Shown here piece after piece: positions 36,995-49,540 of a stretch of DNA of 64,000 nt. A program made the position numbers and the translations under genes. Position 1 is the stretch's first letter. Each line of letters starts with the position of its first letter. The stretch comes from Balanoglossus misakiensis (taxonomy: Eukaryota; Animalia; Hemichordata). The DNA is taken from assembly GCA_040954595.2 (NCBI GenBank), contig CM082598.2, forward strand, positions 6,525,097 to 6,589,096, in the 5' to 3' direction. The notes below the pieces were generated by a model. That model was not told the DNA's origin, did no database searches, and was given only the letters and a program-made list of their open reading frames with translations.

Positions 36995-37249
36995 CTGAAA
37001 TGGAACAAATACATGTCAGTTCCAACGTGTGTGGCCGGTCTGGCTACAGAGGTGAACTGCTAAATTACACACATGTATGGGAGTTCACCTCCAACAGAAT
37101 ACACCAAAATTCATGCAAGTGAAAAATATAGACATACAATTGGAAAATTGACGCAAGTTAAAGACACCAATTACTTGTGCTGAAATGAGTCGGTAGAATG
37201 CACCAAAATACAAAGCTTCAAGCAACAGGTAAGGTACAAGGAAACTAAC
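36995..37249 (-). other. Predicted 255-nt spliceosomal intron in the LTR R region (also 29580-29834)
   Basis: Donor CAG|GTTAGT, branch point CTGAC about 20 nt before TTCCATTTCAG|, and ATTAAA 2 nt after the acceptor. Confidence 0.7.
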
Positions 37250-37309
37250 CTGAAATGGAACAAATACATGTCAGTTCCAACGTGTGTGGCCGGTCTGGCT
37301 ACAGAGGTG

Positions 37310-37343
37310 AACTGACCAATTTTATGCACCATGTCCTTTTATA
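37310..37343 (-). promoter_or_regulatory. LTR core promoter: TATA box plus initiator
   Basis: TATAAAA (37343-37337) lies 30 nt upstream of the A in TCAGTT (37313). Confidence 0.8.
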
Positions 37344-37992
37344 TCAGCAATTACATCATAGTGCCAGATTAGCTTGTGTTCATTGGTCAAATGAAACTTC
37401 CAGGTGGTTTGCATATAATTAAGATCAACCAATTGAAGGTAAGTACTATTACGTCATATGAATAATTGAATAACTAATTACTATAAGATACAGGTATAAC
37501 ATACATACAGATATACATGTATACAAATTCAATGGATCAACAAGGCCGTTACAAGAGTATTAAGTGTTCGCATTTTTTTCAATCCACGGCACTCCCAAGC
37601 CACAAGAAGAGACAAGGGTGGCAACATTTCCGGGTCTCCAGCACTGTATTTTCAAGTCCAGAATAACACAACAAATAAATGTCTGACAATTGAATTATTA
37701 CGTTTGCAGTAACAACATACTCTATACTTACTATATCTACTCTGTAATTCAATGAAAAGGTATAAATCGGCGATATGTTGTTTGGTGGCGCTGTTGATCG
37801 GCTGCCTTTTAGCTCTCTCCAAATTATTGTGATTTTTATTGCTTATTTCGCGTTTTGCTGTGCTGAATTTTTACCATCGGATGTGTAAAGACTCCTGGTA
37901 GCGACTGCTGATTTTACTCCGTCCATTTCGCATTCTGTTGGCTATATTTTTTCGGCTATTTCTTGCTGTGACTGTGGTACATTTCCGGCAAC

Positions 37993-40900
37993 ATGGCATC
38001 GAAGCTTTGGACATCCATTGTGCGGACACCTGCAGCTCGAATTGTGTATTCCACCAATCAGACTCATCAATGGTTTAGACCACGTGGAAGAAAGGCTGGA
38101 CGGAAACATCCCAAACCAAGGTGCCAAATTCCAACTATTGTTAGCCATCATCGCAAACAAAGGCCGGCCGGGTATACATGTATTCAGACACAGGTGCTAC
38201 GGCAGATTCCAACCTCCCATCATGCGGATACAAAGACAGAATATTACATTCAAACTGGTATAGCTATATCTACAGTGCTAAATGTCTTTCAGCGTCAATG
38301 TATGTATCGTCCACGCTTTATCAATGTGTTAAATCGTATTACCCTGCGCAGAGAATCAACATCTTTGCAAGCTCGCACCGTTAACTTTACGTTATGGAAT
38401 GCCCGATCCATAAGTACCAAGGTACAATCTGGTTCTGATTCCATCATTCAGAATAAGACCGACATATTTGCTGTAACTGAAACATGGTTAAAAGAATCGG
38501 ACAATAACATCTCAGCGCATTTATCATCAACTCTGAGTGGTTACAGAATATTCCAGGTATCGCGTGCGAAACAACGTGGTGGAGGGATAGCTGTTATATT
38601 CAGATCCAACCTGAAATTCATCTCAAACAAGACACACTCATTCAGTTGTTCGCCTTCTAGTCATCTATAGACCACAAAAGGGAACTGTCAGTGACTTTCT
38701 ACGTGAATTTTCCACCCTCTTGGAGAGTGTGATTTGTTCTCAAGGGCGACTAGTAATTGTTGGTGATTTTAACATTCACTTCGACGATAGTACGAATAAT
38801 GACAACATTAAGTTTGTAGATTTACTCAACACAATGGGACCACGGGCGTCATGGAACAATAAAGTGTATGGATAATTTAGCATAGGCCTAAACGAACACA
38901 CAATAAATTATTTCGTGTTTTTTTATGTGAACGAGAACTACACTCACGAACGGCCTAGCAAAATATGCGAGCGGAACGCGGAAGTGATCGAGCAATCTAC
39001 AACCGCACGAGCGCACGCGCCCGGCCCAGCGCGCGCGGCAGACGATCGTACGACTCCGCTCCGTTGCTAGCCAGGACAGACGCGTTCGTATACAGGGCAG
39101 ATCAGTTGCGGGCGCGCACGCATGCTCAATACGAGATCGTATACACACGGTGCCTATCCCCTATAGAGGTACGCGTACGGTGTGGTTTTGCACATAAAGT
39201 TAACACTGACCTAGCTTTAGTGCATTTCTCGTCCGCACCAAACAAACCTATGAAATATTTTATTCTTTGTTCATTGTGGACGTCGCGTTTATGCTAAGTT
39301 TATTAATATCTATACACTTTATTGTTCCATGACGCCGGTGATGGGACTTGCACAACATGTAATTGGACCGACGCATACAAAAGGCCACACATTGGATTTA
39401 ATTATCACTCGCGCAGCTGATCCATGTGTAAACGAAACCAGATGTGATTGGCTCTTGCTATCTGACCATGCTGCCATTCACTTTTCAACTGTTTTCATGC
39501 GACCACGTCCACTGAGAACTCTCCAATCATCGAGAAAGCTTACTAACATCGACATCAGTGATCTTCAGCAGAAAATTGCATCATCTCCATTGCCAAGTCT
39601 CTCGGAAATTGACGGGTGCCCTTCTCTTCTTGTGAGTACGTATAATGAAGCCCTGACTACAGTTATTGATGCCATTGCACCTGTTGTCACGAAATATGTT
39701 TTGGACAAAGTGCGTTCACCGTGGTTTACAGAAGATTTACTGAAGTTGCGACAAAAGCTCCGTCAGTTAGAAAGGCAGTGGGTGAAGACAGGCCTGGTTG
39801 TACATGAAGAAATGTTTAAATCCGCTAGAAACCAGTATACAGCCAGATTACGTGATGCACATTCATCCTATCATCGTAGCTGTATTGTGTGTGCTGATAC
39901 CAAGAAGTTGTTTCGTATAATTGATGAGATCGCAGGTACTAAGGGCGCGTTGGCATCAGCCACACCGGACATGGACTCAAACAAATTACCGGACACCTTC
40001 GCAGATTTCTTCCTTTCTAAGATCAAGAAGATCCGTGAGACTTTGGTATCTGTTCCACCTTGTGATTTTCCTAAAGACTATAAGCTTTGATCTCAGTGCT
40101 TTCAAAACAGTTTCAATTGATTTTGTTGAAAAGCTCATTGGTTTGCTCCCCACCAAATCCTCATATCATGATCCCATACCAACATCATTGCTAAAACAGT
40201 GTGTTCATCAAGTATCTCCAGCAATTACCGGTATCATCAATTCTTCACTGAAGTCTGGTGTATTTCCCAGCCCATGTAAATCGGCGATTGTACGCCCATT
40301 ACTAAAGAAGTCAACCCTTGATAAAAATGTGTTGAAAAATTATGGACCGGTGTCGAATTTAACTTATATCTCTAAGTTGATTGAGAAGTCAGTTTTATTT
40401 CAACTTAATTCGCATCTGTGCAGTAACAACTTGTACGCTAAATGTCAGTCTGCTTATCGACAAGGTCACAGTACTGAGACTGCGCTCATTCGAGTCCAAA
40501 ACGATGTGCTTCGGGCTCTAGATCGCCGGGATGATGTTATTTTAATTCTTCTTGATTTGTCAGCCGCCTTCGATACCATCGACCACAACATCTTGATTCA
40601 TAGAATATGTCATAGGTTTGGTATCCAGGGTACCGTTCTCAACTGGATTACTTCATATTTACAAGGCAAAACAATGAGAGTACGTATTGGGTCGGTGATG
40701 TCGGAGGCACAACCACTTGATTGCGGCGCTCCCCAGGGCTAGGTCTTGGGACCAGTTTTATTTAGTTTGTATACAACACCGCTTGAGGACATTATAGATA
40801 AACACGGTCTACAAAGTATGTTTTATGCTGATGACTCTCAGTTGTATATTGTTTGCTCTCGTGATTGTGTCCCGAGTAAAATTATTGAGAACTGTATAAG

Positions 40901-41115
40901 TGAAATTCGCCAGTGGATGCATGATAACATGCTTGTACTTAGACCGAAGTTATTAGATTCTCTTCTGAGTTTGGCGATAGGGACCGACCACGAGAGTGTG
41001 ATGTACAAGTCGGGGATATCAGCGTCCATTCATCACCTACAGTGATTGACCTCGGTGTCACATTTGATATTACGATGACCATGACATCACATATTTCCAC
41101 TTTGTGTAAATCAGC
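37993..41115 (+). mobile_element. Degenerate L2/Crack-type LINE (APE endonuclease + RT), 3' truncated
   Basis: LWNARSI, VTETWL, GGGIA, GDFN, THTKGHTLDLII, SDH, LDLSAAFDTIDH, YADDSQLY. It carries frameshifts and a stop near 40740. Confidence 0.88.
38841..39340. mobile_element. 500-bp MITE with CAC...GTG ends and 7-bp TSD ATGGGAC (possibly P superfamily) inserted in the LINE endonuclease
   Basis: TIR CAC(G/C)GGCGTCATGGAACAATAAAGTGTAT. ATGGGAC at 38834-40 and 39341-47. Confidence 0.85.
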
Positions 41116-41159
41116 GTAGGTAGGCAGACAGACAGACAGACAGACAGACAGAGACAGAG

Positions 41160-43445
41160 GGTAATACATTTGGAAGCATTAACTATTATGTCATTATTGG
41201 TGGTTGGGTTAAGGCACGGCGTAGAGTTTGGAAGGCCTCTTCTGTTCCTTCAGTCAACTTGAACTTCGCATTAGTCCTGGTCAGTTCATGAAGAGGTAAT
41301 GCATTCTGGGCAAAATTGGCGACGAATCTTCTGTAATAACTACATAATTCGATGAAAGCTTTGACTTTAGTGATACTCTTTGGTGTAGGCCAATCGGCTA
41401 CTTTTGTGATACTTTAGAGTCAGGCTGAATTCCATCACCAGAGATTTGATGCGAGAGAAACGAAACTCTTGCAGAAAAGAACTGGCACTTATCTGGTCTG
41501 ATTTTGAGATTAGCAGCACGGAATCTGGTGAACACTTCTTCTAGGTTCTTTAGATGATCGTCAAATGTTTTCCCCAGGACAAGAACATTATCCAGGTACA
41601 CCAAAACCTTAGACCAATGTACCCCAGGCATTACTTTGAATTGTTATAAACCATCACCTGTTGTAAAGGCCGTATTTTCTTTGTCTTCTCGATCCATTGC
41701 AATCTGCCAGTATCCACTAGCAAGGCCAATCACTGTGAAATAAACAGAACCTCCCAGAGCATCTAAGGAGTCGTCAATTCGTGTTAAAGGGTTTGAATCT
41801 TTAACAGTGACCTTGTTCAAATGACGATAGTCCACACAGAAGCGATATGACCCATCCTTTTTCTTGACCATTACTATTGGGGCTGCCCATGGACTGCAAC
41901 TTACTTCAATGACATCCTTCTGAATCAGCTTATCGACTTGCCTTTGTATTTCGTCATGCATTGATGGAGAAGTACGATACGGTCTTTTCTTAATGGGTAA
42001 AGTTTCCCACGTACAAATTGTGTGTTGTGTTAAAGTCGTTCGGCCATAATCGTTGGTTCCCTTGCTGAAAATGTCACTTTTTCAGCGAGTAATTTCTCCG
42101 CTTTCGTTTTCATTTCTTCTGTAAGTGTAGCTTTATTCAGGCTGATGGATGGCATAGGTTTAGGCTTTTCAACCATTCCCTGGATACAGGAGCTGTCCCA
42201 GACAACTGGAAGAAAGCTAACATTACTCCTATCTTTAAAAGGGGTGCAAAGTCTGATCCGGGTAATTATCGTCCAGTCAGCTTAACCAGCATTTGCGGCA
42301 AGATCTTGGAGTCCATCATCAGGGACCACATTGTTAGCCATTTAAACAAGCACAACTTGACCACTAGCTCACAACACGGTTTTTGCCATGGAAAGTCTTG
42401 TATGACTAATTTGTTGGAGTTCCTAGACGAGATAACTTACTTCATGGACGATGACGACCCAGTGGATGTAGTGTACTTGGATTTTGTTAAAGCTTTTGAC
42501 AAAGTTCCCCACAGTATATTCAATTAACCAGTCATGGAATCAGAGGCCAAATTGCCAAGTGGATAGAGGCTTGGTTAACTGACAGAGAGCAGCGTGTGGT
42601 GTTTCATCTATGTGGCAGTCTGTTTCTAGTGGTGTTCCACAGGGCTCGGTCCTCGGCCCTCGGCCCAGTGCTATTTTTGATTTATATCAATGACATCGAT
42701 GTGGGAATAAAATCAACAATCACGAAATTTGCGGACGATACCAAACTATATAACCCAGTTGGCACAACTGCCGACAGAATAGTTTTGCAGCTAGATCTGG
42801 ATAGGCTACACAAGTGGGCCTGTGACTGGCAAATGAGCTTTAACGTAAAAAATGTAAAGTGATGCACCTTTGGAGCAAGAATCCAAACCATATCTATAAC
42901 ATGAATACTATTCCACTGGAAAGCATTGATGAAGAAAAGGATCTGGGTGTCATTGTTCATAGGAGCTTGAAACCATCACGACAGTGTGTAGAAGCAGTGA
43001 AAAAAGGCAAACAAAGTTCTGGGGATGATGAAAAGAACTCTTTCGTTTAAATCCAAGGATATAATTTTGCGTTTGTACAATCAGTTGGTAAGGCCACGAC
43101 TTGAGTACTCGGTTCAGGCTTGGTCACCTTGGCATTCTCGAACAGGTGCAGCGTCGCGCAACAAAACTGATTCCTCAACTCCAACATAAGCCTTAAACGC
43201 AGCTCCACCAAGACGAGTAGGTAAAATTGTAGCCAAATAATTATCATCTAAATTTGGGTAAGCACGAACTGCAACTTCAAAGCGACGGCACCACTGAAGA
43301 AAATCTTCCTTACCGTCTACCAAAAGCATTGTGGCAGTTCAAATTTGAAAGGAGCTCGAAAATTGGCTCGTAGTTGTACACCTGGCTCTGCTTCTGGGTT
43401 GTTCCCGTCTGGCTGTGGCTGCTGGTCTTTTTCGTTATTCATAGT
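41160..43445 (-). pseudogene. Decayed second Gypsy element (RT/RH at 41160-42170, gag fragment at 43133-43445)
   Basis: SPWAAPIVMVKKKDGSYRFCVDYRHLN, LASGYWQI, YLDNVLV, and gag-like EDFLQWCRRFEVAV. Confidence 0.85.
42178..43132 (+). pseudogene. CR1-type LINE RT fragment
   Basis: PDNWKKANITPIFKKG...NYRPVSLTS, QHGF, YLDFVKAFDKVPH, FADDTKL, LVRPRLEY. Confidence 0.88.
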
Positions 43446-43565
43446 GGTTTTTCTTGTCCGAATTCTTTTGAAACCTTCAGCCAATTTCCTCAGGTATAAG
43501 TAACTCGAATTTCAGTTCAATGCACTTGAAAAACTGTGTTGAGTTTCAGAGAAAAATAAAAATTA

Positions 43566-43857
43566 CGTGCAGTATAATTATGGTTATTCTTCTTACCTGG
43601 AGTGAGTGGAGTGAATTGAAATAGCTGAATTCCCTTGACCTCCGGGTGAACGTAGCCTTTTAAAGTCGACCTATGACCTATAACCTGAATAAATTAAAGT
43701 ATACATGCAATGCACTCTGGGAAATCCCCTCATGGAAGCCATCTTTGAAAGCAGGATAACAAACAAATAAATTAACACAATGAGGGGGAGGGAGGGAGCT
43801 ATTTCAATTCACTCCACTCACTCCAGGTAGGAAGAATAACCATAATTATACTGCACG
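43566..43857. mobile_element. Miniature inverted-repeat derivative of the DIRS-like element
   Basis: Inverted repeats of about 57 bp (CGTGCAGTATAATTATGGTTATTCTTC.TACCTGGAGTGAGTGGAGTGAATTGAAATA). The same motif is at 47980-48040, next to the DIRS recombinase. Confidence 0.7.
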
Positions 43858-44589
43858 GAAGTATGGCAAGCCTCAGGGGTCTTAAGTATAGCAATAGTAG
43901 TATATAATGTTGAAGTAGTACGATTATATTTTGATTCGTTAATATATTATAAATAAACTTGACTCTATTAATGGTAACACTGTGTATATTATGAAAAGCT
44001 ACAAGTTTATTATAAGTGGACATTATTATTTTATTCTAAAAGCTTATCCATTAATTAACTTACAATAAAATATTATTTACAAACATTATTAATATAATTA
44101 CATTCATCTCTATATTATTTAAACATGGTATTATATTATTTAATTGTATTTACAAATTATAATTTTGTTTGATAGTATGATTGCCATCTTGAAGATGTAT
44201 GTTTTTAAAATAATTATTTGATTTTTAAATACGAGAAAATGGTTGGTACATCACATCAATTTATTTTAACTTTTATTTTTGTTATTTATTAAAATGGTGA
44301 AATGAATATAAACACAAATTTTTATATTTTAAGTGACTATGCTTTTATGTTAATTCTGTAGTCTGTTAGATGATCATTGAATAGCTTATGTTTTCCATGC
44401 ATTATATATAGAGGGCGTGTGTTTAAGCTATTCAAAGACTCTAAGATTTTAAGACACTTTGCAAGTATTGATATTATTTACTTGTTTACTACCTTCACTT
44501 CCACCTCACTAGAGGGCGCACAATTTTTGCTGTCGGCCATTTTCCGTGTTTTCCGTTTGTTTTGCGCGTCTCAGTCGCAGTCGGAAGAG

Positions 44590-47540
44590 ATGGACATCGA
44601 GGCAATATTGCAGGAGATAAATTTGGCAACGTTGGTAGAGAGGTTCAAGTATGAGCGGGTTGAAGGTGCCACCGTTCTTTCCATGACGGAAGGGGAAATA
44701 AAGAGATTGGGAGTTACAAGAGCAGGTGATCGAGTGCGACTCCCACTGGGCAAAAAGGTTGATATACATTCAGTATTTTCACGTATATGGACACGTAGAT
44801 CAGGAATATGCGCAAGTATACAATAGTCTGCACAGTTGTACATCTACACTCTGCACCACGTATATGTGACGTATATTCACGTATATGGAACATACCAATG
44901 TGTTAGTATACGTGCACGTATATCTATGAAGATCACGGGTGTGCACAACGCAGACCAATGCAGATCAAGTGCACACCATAAACATTCCAACGTATTTGTA
45001 CACATTCTCAGTGCATATCTTCCTTACTATTTGCATGACTGTGTTATTAGCATACGTTACATCATCATCACAGACATTTAGTTGAGTTCACGTTCCTGGT
45101 ATTTTTACGTATATTTAACGCAGACCCTTCCAGAAATTACCATACATTATGTCATCATTGTTGGCAAATATTTGCAAAATAATTTTGGGGTCATATTTAA
45201 ATTACCCCAAAGGTCACAATTCTGGGGTCATCCTTCATGGTCAGGGTTTGACCTTTCCTTCTTATTCACCTTTGCTGTAAATTTGTTACTATTAATCTGC
45301 TTTGAGATGCAACTGCATTTCAAAGCAGATCAATAGCAACAAATCGGTAAAAGCATATTTCAAGCCGATACACTTCCTCCCATCATGCATCAACAAAAAA
45401 CTGCTCACATAATAAAATTCACTTAAAAGGTAATTTTATTTAAAACATATAAAATGATTAAAGACATTACATGGACAAAGAACAAAGTGTTTTGTTTTTA
45501 AATGCAAACCTAAAATCTGAAAAATAATCCTCAAAGTCTAGCTTCATTCAGTAATCTGACATCATCAGATCGCCTGCTTGCACCATGTTATCCTATTAAG
45601 ATTTGTCTTCAAAATCCACCATCTTGCCATGACTCTGTAGAAGCTGTCAAAAAGAAAAGAAAAAGAGTATTTAGTTTGGTCATCTTAAGCACTTATCTTT
45701 GACTGCAGTGCCTATGAGCTACAGCTTTTGGGAAGTCTGAACCACTGGCAGTTTATATAGAGTGGGCTGTAAACACCTTCACCTGGAACACAGCGACAAG
45801 TCAGTCCGTTCTGTTTTTACCTTTGTCGCCAACATGACAGTGCACTGTTTAAGTTTATAATAAACGTCCCCCATTGTTTTTAGTTTATGGGTGAAAATGT
45901 CTCATTTGCATTCAACAAATCGGGCCTTGGGAAATGTCTTCACACCTTCCAAATGTATACTTTGTTATCTGTCATGTTGACAATGTACAAAAAGCATACA
46001 GATTCAGTGTGCTGTTATCGCAACCGAGGTCAAATAGTTATGACTGAATAGTTTCTCACTATCACGCGTAAGAGCATGGTGTGGTTAGAGCTACCAAGTA
46101 TCAAAGCTCAGTAGCTGCTAAAATATCTGAACGTCAGCTATTCTGGCAATCCAGCAATCCCGCGCTTATATGCATCTTTTGTTTGTCGTCAACCATGAAA
46201 CACCAAGCTGAAGCGCACACATGGAAATCAACCCAATTTGTTTATCTTTTGTTCTAGCTAATCCTCAAGGCCTTTGATCTTGGCCGATGTTCCGCGTCTT
46301 TTTTCTCTACGGGTTATGCTCAATGTTATAAATCATACTACACCAAATTGAATGAAAAGTCTAAGAATAAAAGAGATATACTTACTCGTTGGTTGTATCA
46401 GATGAATCTTCTATGGTTACATAAAGCTGAGTGCTTTACCTGCCGCTGCAAAGTAAAACAAGGGACATTTGAGATAACAATACAAATGCTTGGTGGAAAT
46501 GTCAAATTGTCAATCAAAACCTGTTTCTAGTTCTACATACATGCTTGATGCACTAATGCAAACGGCAGAAATAAAAAGGACTCGGACTAACAACGAGTAG
46601 AAATAGTGTCAAAACGCAGACACCTGGGTGGGGTGGATATGGACAAGACCAAAACACGATGTATGTTTAAACTTACAAAAATCATACGATCCGGTCTTCC
46701 TTTGTTGGTGCATAGATTATCACCGCCGCATGTCGATTTTTCCTCAAAGACTTCTGTTCTGCGTCCAGACTATCAAGTTTCTGTGAAAACTCTTCTTTCG
46801 CTTTGTCTGGTGTTGAAACAAACTTATGCACACGGTTGACGGCGTACAGTGACTGCCAGCGGTGCTGGTGTTTCTATGTACCGGAGGTGGACGTCGTAAA
46901 ACGTCGTAAAACAACCAGCGTTTTGCGACATAAAGTGGCCGCAGAAGTGCTACCCAGATCTTTCATCAAACTTTTGAAAGCATTTGCTTTTAAAAACGGG
47001 TGGTCCAAATAATCCTAATAATTAGCATGAATATACGTACATATACATGGATGTATACTGTAGGCACACTATTCGGTAGAAAATAACTACAAATACGTAG
47101 ATCTGCGGAACGTATATGTAAGAGAACGTGTACATGATGTATACTTCACGTATTTGTACACATATCTAGCAGCTTGCATTTGTTACGTAAATGCACGTAT
47201 ACGAAACGTATATGTCAAATGTACAAACTTAGAAGTTTTACGTATATTGTCGTATATCAATCATTTTGCCCAGTGTCCGAGACCTTTGCAAGAAAGCAAC
47301 TCGGCCGTCACCGGCCTGGCTCTGCGTACAGGTCTGTGTGTTCCCGGCGTTACACGGCCTCCACCACAGCCCTGCAAGGCGCCATAGAAAAAACTGGTGC
47401 TTTTTCGGCCGAAATTCGTTTTATCGAAGCAAAATCCTTTCCCTGTCTACTTCTGCCCCCTAACCGACTCCAAATATGATGCGATTAACTTGTCCTAACG
47501 TCCGAACCACTCGCGTTTGATTCATTTTTGTGTGTTTACA
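44590..47540 (+). pseudogene. SAM-domain ORF relic split by the CACTA insertion
   Basis: MDIEAILQEINLATLVERFKYERV...MTEGEIKRLGVTRAGDRVRL continues in frame as RDLCKKA after removing 44744-47275 and one TCC. Confidence 0.75.
44744..47275. mobile_element. Non-autonomous EnSpm/CACTA (CMC) transposon
   Basis: CACTGGGCAAAA.G.TTGATATAC TIRs, 3-bp TSD TCC, and many subterminal ACGTATA repeats at both ends. Confidence 0.88.
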
Positions 47541-47544
47541 TGTT

Positions 47545-47657
47545 GAGATCGTCATATTAAATATAAGGCTTACAGCAAGTTTATCTCTTTCTAAAACTTT
47601 TTTGTTTACCCATGGAGATAAACTCGCTGTAAGCCTTATATTTAATATGACGATCTC
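47545..47657. repeat. Hairpin (arms of about 44 bp)
   Basis: GAGATCGTCATATTAAATATAAGGCTTACAGC.AGTTTATCTC and its reverse complement. Confidence 0.9.
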
Positions 47658-47939
47658 GAAAAAGCTGCGGTCCGGATCCGTGATATGCTGTCTTGAGATT
47701 TGTTGCATGGATTCTGTACGTCATGGGTCGAGTCTCCATCAGCCAATGATTGACCCCCATCATTAGCTAGAAGTGGTTTCCCTGCTGGCAATGTCTAGCA
47801 TCTTGTCTTGGAGATTGAAATCTAACTCTGCGGCCAGGTGGAGTTTGGTAACGTCTGCGATAACAATATGGATCACCCTCACCGTTAGCATTAGAGCGAG
47901 TCTTGTGGCTGTCAGAATATCTCCGTGGGCTGTCGCAGG

Positions 47940-49540
47940 GTAACAAACAAATAAATTAACACAATGGGTGGGAGGGAGGTATTTCAATTCACTCCACTCA
48001 CTCCAGGTAGGAAGAATAACCATATAGTAATTGCACGGAAGGCTGGTATAATTTTTTTTATTCTTCACATCTTCTGTTCGTTACGTTCATTTTCAATAGC
48101 TGAATTTGAAGAAACACGAACAAAAACAAAGTGAACTCACCTAGTGAGAAATGACGTTCATGACGCTAACATCCCTGGTGGCCAAATCACACTGATAATG
48201 CTTGGCAAATGTACTAGCTGAAGACCAGTCCGCAAGATTCATGATCCCTTGAAGTGTAAGACGCTGGTGATAGCTGCTCGGGTAGAATGGGCAGTAAATT
48301 CTCTATCCACTCCAGCCTGACGAAGGACCATCTGCAACCATCAATAGTAGCTGGTTTCACTGGCTTGCCCGTGGCATAACCGACAAACAAAGTAGCATCT
48401 GACTTGCGCATCTCCTTGATACGTTTCAAATAAGCAAATAAATAATATACAACACAAACTCGCCTATCTTTCTTGAAGGCAGGTAAACATAAAACTTTCT
48501 TGGTCTTTGAGGGCCTGTCTGTCTTGGCTAAATCACCTTGAAGTAGCGTAGCAGACCCTGACACAACATACACCTTCCTCACTTGGAGATTGGCAATATC
48601 GGAACAACGTCCAACTGTGCAAAGAGCAGTCAACATCACTGTCTTGAGTGTCAACATTTTGTGAGAGCTCCTTAGCTGGCGATAACGTATGAAGATAATC
48701 GAAAACTTGATTGACATTCCAAACTGAAGTAAACTTGGGCTTGGAAGGCCGAGAAACAAAAATCCCTATCATAAACTGTACCACAAGAGGGTGGTTACCA
48801 AGGAGATAACCATCAACTGACAGGTGTACCGATGATATAGCAGACCGATAGACATTAAGCGTGCGGTATTCCAGCTTCTTGTCAAATAAATACATCAAAA
48901 ATTCCAGAACTACAGGTACAGGTGCTGAAATAGGATTATCCTTTTGCAACTTGCACCAATTACCCCAGCGACGCCTTGCTGACTCATACTGCGTGGCTGA
49001 ACCGCGCCGTTATAGCGACTGTAAGACCACTCTGGACACTCGTTTTGAAACCCCTCTGGCTCTGAGGGTACTCCTGAGAGCTGCCATACGGCTAGACGTA
49101 TCTTTCTTTCTAAGGGGTGATCCTCGCTTGTCACTGGATTTCTCAGTAGATGTGGATACTGTGGTAGTAACAGTGGTGGAGCGTGTAACAAAGTCAGCAG
49201 GTCTGCATACCATGGTTGTGCCGTCCATAATGGTGCCACTAACAGATGTCTTGTCTGATCTTGCCGGATCTTGCATAACACATGTGGAATTAGGTAAATC
49301 GGTGGAAATGCATACCCCTGAAGGCCGGTCCAATTAAACGTATCTATCCCCCAAGCTTGTGGATCGGGTTTCCATGCTACATACCGAGGAAACTGATTGT
49401 TGGGTCTCAATGCAAACAGATCCACCTGAGGAGACAGTTTGAGTTGCCTAAGTGCTGCCTGGAGAACAGTGGGATGAAGATGCCACTCTTTGAAATTGCG
49501 CGACAGGTAATCTGCCTCTACATTGGTCTTTCCTGGTCTG
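47940..49540 (-). mobile_element. 3' half of a DIRS-type tyrosine-recombinase retrotransposon (RNase H end, methyltransferase-like domain, YR), decayed
   Basis: EADYLSR, VDLFA...WKPDPQAWGIDTF...YAFPP...VAPLWTAQPWY, YRTLNVYRSAISSVH...HPLVVQFM...WNVNQV, LTLKTVMLTALCTVGRCSDI. Confidence 0.88.

Larger units (their letters stand above)
29479..37553 (-). mobile_element. Full-length Ty3/Gypsy LTR retrotransposon
   Basis: TG...CA LTRs, 4-bp TSD AGAG (29475-78 and 37554-57), tRNA-Ser PBS, and intact gag and pol in PR-RT-RH-IN order. Confidence 0.97.
36912..37553 (-). repeat. 5' LTR (642 bp)
   Basis: TGTAACGG...CCGTGACA on the minus strand, followed by AA and the PBS. Confidence 0.97.
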
